Source: Candidatus Rokuibacteriota bacterium
GTDB taxonomy: Bacteria > Methylomirabilota > Methylomirabilia > Rokubacteriales > DASRDR01
Assembly: GCA_044866005.1 (NCBI GenBank)
Contig: JBIOTN010000088.1
Span: forward strand, 1-56,694
Direction of reading: 5' to 3'
DNA length: 56,694 nt
Of the stretch, positions 40,567-48,429 are shown piece after piece. The stretch's first letter is position 1. Each line of letters begins with the position of its first letter. The translations under genes were made by a program, and so were the position numbers. The notes under the pieces are model-generated. The model made no database searches. It worked only from the letters and a program-made list of their open reading frames with translations, and had not been told where the DNA came from.

Positions 40567-41475
40567 CTATCGGCGGAGGGGCGCGAAGAACTCGAGCACC
40601 TCCTCGATCAGGCGCTCGGGGGCCTCCCGCATCATGAAGTGGCCCACCTCCGGGACGCGCTTCAGCGTGAGCTGCGGAAAGTACTCGCCGAGCCGGTCCG
40701 CCCACGCGACCGGCAGGATCGGGTCCGCCTCGCCCCAGAGCACGAGCGTCGGCACCGGCACCGCGAACTCCGCCGGCGGGATCTCGCCTTCGCTGGTGCG
40801 CGTCCGCTCGCGGGCCCGGTAGTACTGGAAGCCGCCGCGCAGCGCGCCGGGCTGGGCATAGGCGTCCACGTAGTGGGCCAGCTCGGCCTCGGTCACCCAG
40901 CCCTTCCGGTGCGACCAGTGCGTGAGGAAGTGCCGGAGGTAGCGCGCCGTCGCCGCCCGGCTCGCCCCCACCAGCTCTTCCGCCCACGGCAGCGTGTGGA
41001 AGATCTGGTACCAGATCTCGCGGGCGTGGCCCGGCTCCCGCCAGCGGCGGCCGATCCCGGGATACGGCGGGTCGAGCAGGACGAGGCGCGCGATCCGCTC
41101 GGCGTGGTGCCGGGCGAGCGGCTGGGCGACCGTGGCCCCGATGTCGTGCGCGACCACCGCGACGCGGTCGAACCCGAGCTGCCCCGCCAGCGCGGCGATC
41201 TCGGCGGCGACGGTCGTGCGGCTGTAGCCCTCCTCCGGCGGGAGGTCCGGCTTGTCCGAATAGGCGAAGCCGCGAAGATCGGGCGCGATCACGTCGTGGC
41301 GGGCGGCGAGGGCCGGGATCACGGGCGCCCACTCGTACCAGAAGCCGGGCCAGCCGTGGAGGAGGATCACGGGGAAGCCGGCGCCCTGGCGGACGTAGTG
41401 GAGCCGCACGCCGCCGACGACGGCGAAGTGGTGGCTCCAGGGCCCGTCCGGGCCGCCAGAGTCACGGGCGCTCAT
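40567..41475 (-). CDS. Alpha/beta hydrolase (epoxide hydrolase/dehalogenase-like)
   Basis: LLHGWP, PDLRGF, AHDIG, WGEAD, GHF. Confidence 0.9.
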   Translation of the reverse strand: MSARDSGGPDGPWSHHFAVVGGVRLHYVRQGAGFPVILLHGWPGFWYEWAPVIPALAARHDVIAPDLRGFAYSDKPDLPPEEGYSRTTVAAEIAALAGQLGFDRVAVVAHDIGATVAQPLARHHAERIARLVLLDPPYPGIGRRWREPGHAREIWYQIFHTLPWAEELVGASRAATARYLRHFLTHWSHRKGWVTEAELAHYVDAYAQPGALRGGFQYYRARERTRTSEGEIPPAEFAVPVPTLVLWGEADPILPVAWADRLGEYFPQLTLKRVPEVGHFMMREAPERLIEEVLEFFAPLRR

Positions 41476-41481
41476 GCGAGC

Positions 41482-41487
41482 ATTGTA
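41482..41487 (-). promoter_or_regulatory. -10 box TACAAT, leaderless start at 41475
   Basis: TACAAT-N6-ATG; no SD. Confidence 0.6.
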
Positions 41488-41649
41488 GCGCCCGCCCGGC
41501 CGCGGCCAGCCGGGTCACCGGTCGAGCGTGCGCGCGACCCACGCCGGACCCGAACGACCGGCCCGCGCGAATCCACATCCCGTGATCGGGTATGATGCCC
41601 CCCGGGGATCGGCTCAGACTGCCACGCGCGGGTCACGGACCCGGGGAGG

Positions 41650-41935
41650 ACCGGAATCCCCAACATCGTGAAGATCGAAGCCCGAATCAGACTCCCCGTA
41701 CCAGCTCGTGACGGAGAACCTGGACCTGTATCCGGCGTACATCCGCTTCGAGCCGAAGAACGACGATGACGAATGGAACGTGGAGCTGGTGCATGTGACC
41801 GTGAACCCGGATACCGACCGCGTGGAATACCAGGCCCTGCAAGGGACCGATCGTTTCGGACATCCCGACAACCTCTGGCTGGGTCACAAATCGGGAGTCC
41901 GAGGTTTACCTGAGGGAGGCGCCCCCGCCCTGTAA
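41650..41935 (+). pseudogene. Gene remnant of unknown protein
   Basis: Lower-GC coding-like stretch (PYQLVTENLDLYPAYIRFEP..LWLGHKSG) with no clean start; runs into the luxR 3' end. Confidence 0.4.
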
Positions 41936-42982
41936 CGCCACCGCCGCCGCGGCCGTGCGGGTCTCCACCCCGGTCTTCCTCAAGATCCGCTCCACGTGGT
42001 GCTGGACGGTGCGGGGCGAGAGGCCCAGGATCGTCGCGATCTCCCGGTTGGTCTTGCCGTGGGTCACCCACTGCAGCACCTCGGCCTCGCGCCGGCTCAG
42101 CCCGAGCGGTTCCAGGGCTTCCGGGCTCAGGCCGCGCTCCTCCTGGACGAGGACCAGGCTCGTGCGCGTCCCCCGCAGCAGACGGGCGACGAGGCGGGTG
42201 CCGTCCCGCTCCATCACGAGCGGGCGGGGCGGCGACGGCACCTCGGCGTCGGTCGCCCCGCCCTGCGCCGTCAGCCAGTCCGCGAGGGCGGCCGGCAAGC
42301 GACGGCCACGGACCGGACCGAGGAAGGCTTCGAGCAGACGGCGGGCCAGGGTGCTGAGCTCCCGGACCCGGCCGCGTCCGTCGAGGCTGATCAGGCCGAC
42401 ACCCGCTCCCTCGAGCCCGCCGAGCGTGAGGCCGCGCTCCTCACGGGCGAAGCTGGCGGCCTCGGCATTCCCATAGGCCTGGATCAGGTGGACGCGGAGC
42501 AAGTCGAAGAGCCGCCTCTCCCGCTCGGAGAAGTCGCACCGCTGCCGGCAGAGCGCGACTCCGAAGATGCGGGGGGCCGGGGAGGCGACGGTGACGTTCA
42601 TCAGGTACTCGACGTCGAACCGGCGGAAGAACTCCTGGTAGAGCCCGAGGTCGTGGAACTGCCGCTGGGTGAGGAAGTCCGACATCTTCATCGCGCTCCC
42701 GTCGCCCGTGCGCCGGAAGTGCCGGATCATGGGGTGCTCGTGCAGGTGGCGCGCGAAGGCCTCACGGGCACCCGGGAAATCGGCTTCCGCCGGGGTCATC
42801 ACGTACTGCATGCGCGGCCGGCGGTAGTTGACCTCGCTCCAGGCGGCCACGTTGACCGGGACGAGGCGCGGCAGCTCGGCGACCACGTGGCGGGCGAAGG
42901 CCTCGACGTCGTGGATCGCGTGGAGGTCGGCGACGAAGTCGAGGAGGCGGCGGAGGTCTCGGGCAGTCAGGCGCTCCATCAT
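41906..42982 (-). CDS. LuxR-family transcriptional regulator (GAF-like N-terminus, C-terminal HTH)
   Basis: GLSRREAEVLQWVTHGKTNREIATILGLSPRTVQHHVERILRK; RBS GGGAGG. Confidence 0.9.
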   Translation of the reverse strand: MMERLTARDLRRLLDFVADLHAIHDVEAFARHVVAELPRLVPVNVAAWSEVNYRRPRMQYVMTPAEADFPGAREAFARHLHEHPMIRHFRRTGDGSAMKMSDFLTQRQFHDLGLYQEFFRRFDVEYLMNVTVASPAPRIFGVALCRQRCDFSERERRLFDLLRVHLIQAYGNAEAASFAREERGLTLGGLEGAGVGLISLDGRGRVRELSTLARRLLEAFLGPVRGRRLPAALADWLTAQGGATDAEVPSPPRPLVMERDGTRLVARLLRGTRTSLVLVQEERGLSPEALEPLGLSRREAEVLQWVTHGKTNREIATILGLSPRTVQHHVERILRKTGVETRTAAAAVALQGGGASLR

Positions 42983-42998
42983 CCCTCCCGGAGTCCTG

Positions 42999-43012
42999 GG
43001 GCCAAATGGCCC
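42999..43012. promoter_or_regulatory. Palindromic operator 1
   Basis: GGGCCA-AA-TGGCCC at predicted luxR transcription start. Confidence 0.7.
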
Positions 43013-43016
43013 ATCG

Positions 43017-43046
43017 ACCATAGCCCGGGCCGGAACGTAGCGTCAA
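43017..43046 (-). promoter_or_regulatory. sigma70 promoter of luxR gene
   Basis: TTGACG-N18-TATGGT. Confidence 0.6.
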
Positions 43047-43103
43047 CGGCATGCGCCCTGGCGGCGTGCCTGGCTCCCCACCCCCCGGGCAGCACGATCG
43101 GCG

Positions 43104-43119
43104 TGGGCCAAATGGCCCA
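43104..43119. promoter_or_regulatory. Palindromic operator 2 (7-2-7)
   Basis: TGGGCCA-AA-TGGCCCA immediately before TTGATC (43120-43125). Confidence 0.75.
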
Positions 43120-43171
43120 TTGATCATCGCGCAGGCCTGTGCTTTCATGGCAGCCTCGGGCACAGGCCACG

Positions 43172-46100
43172 ATGCCGGCACGCACCCTCGCCCTCCTCCT
43201 CGTCGCGCTGGCCTCGGGCCTTCCGGCCTGGGCCGCGGACAAGCCCCCGCCGTGGCGCGGCCAGCCCCTCACCACCCACCAGGAGTGGACCTTCTCGACG
43301 CCGCCCCCCAACTACCCGAACGCGATCGGCGGGCTGGATACCGAGGCCCAGCCGCCGGACGCATCGAGCAACCCCTACCCGCTGCCGGGTGACCGCTTCA
43401 CCGGGTTCGGCGCCCGGGGCCTCCAGCCGCCCGTCATGGGCTGGGAGCCGGGCATCTTCGGCGCCCAGGGCGTGTGGCGTCTGGCCCCCGTGGAATGGAA
43501 GCAGGTGCCGGGCACCTTCTGGGGCTGGCTCCAGGGTGACATGGCCAACGCCGGCTTGGCGGGGCACCGGAAAGAAGTCCGCGTCCAGGTCACGACGAAG
43601 AACGTCACCGGCCCCCCTGAGGTCGGGCTCGTGGGCAGTGCGCCGGACCCGCAGCAGGAGATCGCGGCCGCGTTCTCCCAGGTCCATCCCGACCTGCCGA
43701 ACGGCTGGCAGCATCGCACGTTCATCTTCCTCCTGCCCGACTGCCCGCCGTACGAATCCGTGGCCATCTATCCACCCAACGGCGGCCTAACCACCGACAA
43801 TCCGCCCAAAGGCGGCGTGATCTATGTGGACCACGTGGTCATCGACACGATCTGCCGGCCCGTCGACGACCAGGAAGGCTCCCAGCTCGGCCTGCCCGGC
43901 GGCGACGAGGAGTACGGGCTTCACCTGGCGCCGGGCGCCGACACCGCGGCCGTGCTCGAGGCCCACGGGGCCACGGCCCTCACCAGCAGGCCGCTCGGAG
44001 AGCGCGGGACCCTGCTCCTGATCCGCGCGCCCCCGGCGGCCCGGACCGCGCTGGCCCGCGACGCCCGCGTGCTCGCGGTCGCGCCCGACTTCTGTCGCGA
44101 GATGCAGCAGGGCCCCGGCGTGAGCGTCGCGACGGGCGACGACAAGAAGTGCGACGAGACGCAGACCGTGGTCGGCGGGACGACGGTCCAGGGGTCGGGC
44201 CAGTCGAACGATCCGGTCAACACCTACACGGGCGCCCTCTTCTTCCACGAGCCGCCCGACCTCGAGCTGGGCGGCCCCCTCCCGCTGACCTTCCAGCGCT
44301 ACTACGCCTCCGGCCTCGACGGGCCGCTGCCCGTGACCGCGGTGGCCCGTGCCGGCGCTCCCGGCGCGGCGGCCACGGTGGTCGCCGGCCCCGTCGCCAC
44401 GCCCGAGGCCTTCCTCGCCGGCGCGACGCCCGCGTGGGACGGCCGCCCGCTCGGGCTCGCCCCGGCCGCGGCCGGCGGGCGCGTCGGCCCGCTCGCGGTG
44501 GCGCCCGCGCCGACCGGCCGGCTCGGCGCCAACTGGCGGCACCGCTTCGACTGGACGCTTCAGCGGGTCGGCGCCCACGCCCTCGTCCTGACCCCGGAGG
44601 GCCGCGCCTTCGCCTTCTGGCGCGGGCGGGGCGGCTGGCGCCAGGGGTCCGGCCTCGACACGCCGGCCCAGCTCGTCGAGACCGGCTCGAGCTTGGTCTT
44701 CGCCTTCCGGGCCGGCGGCCTGCGCCATGTCTTCGACCGGGCCGGCCGGCTCGCGCGGATCGAGGACGGGTACGGCTCGGCGCTGACGCTCGGCTGGGAC
44801 GGCGGCCGGCTCGTCGAGGTGGCCGACGGCCTCGGGCGCCGCCTCGGGCTCGCCTACGATCCCGAGGGCCGGCTGGTCGAGGTCGGGGACGGGACGCGCG
44901 TCGTGCGCTTCGGCCACACCGGGAGGCTCCTGACGCAGGTGACCGACGCCCTCGGCGCCGTCACGCGCTACCGCTACGAGGACCGCCCCGCGCGGCCGGG
45001 GCTCCTGGTGGCGGTGACCCGGCCGAACGGGAACACGCCGTACACCCAGAGCTACGACGCCGAGGGGCGCGTCGCGAGCCAGACCGACGCCGCCGGCCAC
45101 ACGACGCGCTTCGCCTACGCCGCCGGCGTGACGACGATCACCGACCCCGCGGGTCGCACGGTCCGCCACGCCCACGACGCGGCGGGGCGCCTCGTCGCCG
45201 TCACCGACGAGACCGGCCAGCGCTTCACGCTGAGCTACGACGCCGCCGGGCGGCGGAGCGGCCTGACCGACCGGCTCGGGGACAGCACCCGCGCCGGCTA
45301 CCACGAGCGGAGCGGCGCGCCAGCCTCGATCGCCCAGGCCGACGGCGCGACCACCACCTTCGAGTACGCGGCCCGGCGCACGGGCGGCGTGGAGGCCCAC
45401 GACCTCGTCCGGGTCACTCGGCCAGACGGCCGCGCGGGGCAGGTGGCCCACGACGCGGCCGGCAACCTGATCTCGTCCACGGACGCGGCCGGGAACACGT
45501 GGCGCTATGCCTACGACGCCCGCGGCCGCCTCGTCGCCGCGACCGACCCGACCGGGGCGGTGACCCGGTATGCGTACCACCCGGACGGCACGCTGGCCTC
45601 GCTGACCGACGCGGCCGGCCAGGTGACGGCCTACGAGTACGACGCCCTGCGCCGGCTCGTCCGGGTCCGCCTGCCCGACGGCGCGAGCCTCGGCTACGCC
45701 TACGACGCGCGAGACCGCCTCGTCACGCTGACCGACGAGGGCGGGCAGACCTGGCGCTCCGGCTACGACCCCAACGGCAACCTCACGAGCCTCACCGACC
45801 CGCTCGGCGCGGTTACGCGCTTTGCGTACGATGCCATGGACCGCGTGGAGGAGGTGACGGGCCCAGAGGGCGGCCGAGACCGCCTCGCCTTCTCCGAGCG
45901 CGGCCACGTCCGGACGTGGACCCTGCCGGCCGGCGGCACGGTCGGCTACGAGTACGACGCGCGCGGCCGCTTGACCGCCATCGTCGGACCGGATGGCCGG
46001 CGCTTCACGCGCCAGCGCGATGCCGAGGGCGTCATGACGGCCGCCACCGACCCGCTCGGGAGCACGCGCCGCTACGAGTCGGACCGCCTGGGCCGGCTCA

Positions 46101-48163
46101 CGCGCCTGACCGGGCGCGACGGCCACGCGGTCGAGCTCGGCTACGACCGGCTCGGCCGCCTCGTCTCGGCGACCGACGCGCTCGGCCAGACGACGACTCG
46201 CACGTACGACGCCCGCGGCCTCCTCGCCGGGATCAGCGTGGGGACGGGCGCGCTGGCGACGCGGTACGAGCGCGATGCCGCCGGCCGGCTGGCCGCGATC
46301 GTGGACCCGGCCGGCCAGCGCTGGGAGCGCACCTACGACGCGCAGGGCCGCCTGGGCGGGGCCCGCGATCCCCTCGGGCGCGCGATCGGCTACGCCCACG
46401 ACGCGCGGGGGCGCATCGCGGCGATCGACCTGCCGGGAGGGCTGGGGCGCGTCGCCCTCGCCCACGACGCCACCGGGCGGCTCGTCAGCCGCCGGGACCC
46501 CGACGGCTCCGAGCGGCGCTACGAGTACGACGCGGCCGGCCGGCTCGTCCGGGCCGACGGCCTGGCCCTGCGCTACGACGCGGGCGGGCGCCTGGTCGAG
46601 TCGAACGGCCTGGCGCTCGCCCACGACGCTGCCGGCAACCTGACACGCCTCACGCTCGCCCCGGGCAAGACCGTCGACTATGGCTACGACCGTGCGGGGC
46701 GCCTGACCGAGGTGCGCGACTGGCTCGGCGGCCAGACCACGTTCGCCTACGACGCGGCCGGCCGCCTCGTCCGGCTCACGCGCCCCAACGGCGTGACGAC
46801 GAACTTCGCCCACGATCCGGAAGGACGGCTCGTGGGAATCGAGCACGGGCGGCTGGGGCAGGTCACGCTGACCCGCGACGCGGCCGGGCGCGTCACGGCC
46901 GCCGACCGAAAGCTGCCGCTGGCCGCCGCGGCGCCGGCAGGGCAGCGTCGCCTGGCCTTCGATGCCGCCGCCCAGGTGGCGGGGTTCTCGTACGATGCGC
47001 TGGGGCGCCTCACGAAAGACGACCGCCGGAGCTACGAGTGGGACGCGGCCTCGCGCCTCGTCCGCTACACCGAGGGCGGCCGGCCGGTCAGCTTCACGTA
47101 TGACGCGCTCGGCCAGCGCCTGGCTCGCCGCGGGGACGGGGCGGCGCGGGAGTACGCGTGGAACTACGGGTTCGCCCTGCCCGCGATCGCCGTGGAGCGG
47201 GAAGCCGGCGCCGACCGGGCCTACTACGTCCACGCGCCCGACGGCACCCTGCTCTACCGGGTCGACGCCCGCGACGGGAGCCGCCGCTTCCACCACTTCG
47301 ACGAGATCGGGAACGCGACCTTCCTCACCGACGACCGGGGCGGCGTGACGGCCGCGTACGCCTACACGGCCTACGGGGCCCTGCTGGGGGCGAGGGACGA
47401 TCCCGACAACCCCTTCACCTGGGGCGGACAGCGGGGCGTCGTGCGCGAGGGCTTGGGCGGCCTGTACTACCTGCGCGCTCGCTGGTACGATGCGGCGAGC
47501 GGGCGGTTCCTCTCCCGCGATCCGCGGCCCGGCTTCGGCCCGCGGACCGTCAACCCCTACCAGTACGCGCGCGGTAACCCCCTCCACTACGTGGACCCGA
47601 CCGGGTCGCAGTCCACGCCCGCCGGGGATCGCGCCCCCGCCGGTCCTCGGCCTCCGGTGACTCCCGCCCAGCCGACGCCGCCGACGGGCGCGGCGCCCTC
47701 CGGTGGAGCCCCGCCAGAACCGCCCCCACCGGACGACAAGCCGGCAACGCCAGCGTCGTCCCCGGAGCCGCCCCCGAATTGCGCCGAGAGCCAGCGGGAG
47801 GCGCCCCAGAAGTTCCGGCTCGGCTTCACGATCCGGGTCGAGTTCCCAAAGTCCATCGGCGGCATCTATCTCCCGCTGGACCTCTGGCCGCCGCCTCCGG
47901 CGGCGCCGCCGGCCACCGCGCCCGCGCCTTCGCCGACGCCGGCTACCGCGCCCCCGAAAACGGGCGCGGTCGGTACCGAGACGGCGCCGCCGGCGGAGAA
48001 AACCAATCTCGACCGGGAGGACCGCCGCCGACGTGCGCGACATCGGGCCGGTCCGCCGTCCCGACACGGTCCCCCGTCCCCAGACCCTTGTCTGTATCCG
48101 GACGAGGAGACCACGCCCGAGGACATCATGGACGAGGTCGAAGAATGCCTGGTGCGGTGTTGA
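43172..48163 (+). CDS. Secreted RHS/YD-repeat protein
   Basis: Signal peptide (..LPAWA|AD); DUF6531-like DPVNTYTG..LGANW; many YDxxGRL repeats; core LYYLRARWYD..GRFLSRDP..NPYQYARGNPLHYVDPTG; Pro-rich tail. Confidence 0.93.
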   Translation: MPARTLALLLVALASGLPAWAADKPPPWRGQPLTTHQEWTFSTPPPNYPNAIGGLDTEAQPPDASSNPYPLPGDRFTGFGARGLQPPVMGWEPGIFGAQGVWRLAPVEWKQVPGTFWGWLQGDMANAGLAGHRKEVRVQVTTKNVTGPPEVGLVGSAPDPQQEIAAAFSQVHPDLPNGWQHRTFIFLLPDCPPYESVAIYPPNGGLTTDNPPKGGVIYVDHVVIDTICRPVDDQEGSQLGLPGGDEEYGLHLAPGADTAAVLEAHGATALTSRPLGERGTLLLIRAPPAARTALARDARVLAVAPDFCREMQQGPGVSVATGDDKKCDETQTVVGGTTVQGSGQSNDPVNTYTGALFFHEPPDLELGGPLPLTFQRYYASGLDGPLPVTAVARAGAPGAAATVVAGPVATPEAFLAGATPAWDGRPLGLAPAAAGGRVGPLAVAPAPTGRLGANWRHRFDWTLQRVGAHALVLTPEGRAFAFWRGRGGWRQGSGLDTPAQLVETGSSLVFAFRAGGLRHVFDRAGRLARIEDGYGSALTLGWDGGRLVEVADGLGRRLGLAYDPEGRLVEVGDGTRVVRFGHTGRLLTQVTDALGAVTRYRYEDRPARPGLLVAVTRPNGNTPYTQSYDAEGRVASQTDAAGHTTRFAYAAGVTTITDPAGRTVRHAHDAAGRLVAVTDETGQRFTLSYDAAGRRSGLTDRLGDSTRAGYHERSGAPASIAQADGATTTFEYAARRTGGVEAHDLVRVTRPDGRAGQVAHDAAGNLISSTDAAGNTWRYAYDARGRLVAATDPTGAVTRYAYHPDGTLASLTDAAGQVTAYEYDALRRLVRVRLPDGASLGYAYDARDRLVTLTDEGGQTWRSGYDPNGNLTSLTDPLGAVTRFAYDAMDRVEEVTGPEGGRDRLAFSERGHVRTWTLPAGGTVGYEYDARGRLTAIVGPDGRRFTRQRDAEGVMTAATDPLGSTRRYESDRLGRLTRLTGRDGHAVELGYDRLGRLVSATDALGQTTTRTYDARGLLAGISVGTGALATRYERDAAGRLAAIVDPAGQRWERTYDAQGRLGGARDPLGRAIGYAHDARGRIAAIDLPGGLGRVALAHDATGRLVSRRDPDGSERRYEYDAAGRLVRADGLALRYDAGGRLVESNGLALAHDAAGNLTRLTLAPGKTVDYGYDRAGRLTEVRDWLGGQTTFAYDAAGRLVRLTRPNGVTTNFAHDPEGRLVGIEHGRLGQVTLTRDAAGRVTAADRKLPLAAAAPAGQRRLAFDAAAQVAGFSYDALGRLTKDDRRSYEWDAASRLVRYTEGGRPVSFTYDALGQRLARRGDGAAREYAWNYGFALPAIAVEREAGADRAYYVHAPDGTLLYRVDARDGSRRFHHFDEIGNATFLTDDRGGVTAAYAYTAYGALLGARDDPDNPFTWGGQRGVVREGLGGLYYLRARWYDAASGRFLSRDPRPGFGPRTVNPYQYARGNPLHYVDPTGSQSTPAGDRAPAGPRPPVTPAQPTPPTGAAPSGGAPPEPPPPDDKPATPASSPEPPPNCAESQREAPQKFRLGFTIRVEFPKSIGGIYLPLDLWPPPPAAPPATAPAPSPTPATAPPKTGAVGTETAPPAEKTNLDREDRRRRARHRAGPPSRHGPPSPDPCLYPDEETTPEDIMDEVEECLVRC

Positions 48164-48429
48164 GCGGGAGCCGGGGTCTGGCTGTCGGGCTCCTCTTCGT
48201 AGTGGGCGTCGCCGCGAGCGTCCCGGCGGCGGCCGCGGAGCGGTACGAGTACGACGCGGCGGGGCGGCTCGTGCGGGTGAGCTACGACGACGGCTCCACC
48301 ATCACGTACACCTACGACAAGAGCGGCAACATCGTCGCGATCGTGAGCACGGGACCGAAGGGCGCGACGCCCACGACGCCACCACCGGCCGCGCCGGCGC
48401 CGCCGGCCGCGCCGGTGCCGTACCGATGA
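48145..48429 (+). CDS. Small secreted YD-repeat protein
   Basis: Signal peptide, ERYEYDAAGRLVRVSYDDGSTITYTYDKSGNI, Pro-rich tail; overlaps both neighbours; start may be 48157 or 48160. Confidence 0.8.
   Translation: MPGAVLSGSRGLAVGLLFVVGVAASVPAAAAERYEYDAAGRLVRVSYDDGSTITYTYDKSGNIVAIVSTGPKGATPTTPPPAAPAPPAAPVPYR

Noticed and set aside
44700..47150. CRISPR or DNA tandem repeat in the region with recurring tacgacgc
   Set aside because: Recurrence reflects protein-level YD repeats; no constant repeat-spacer period
43172..48429. Classical T6SS RHS toxin-immunity pair
   Set aside because: No PAAR/VgrG/EagR, a signal peptide is present, and the downstream gene is a secreted YD protein
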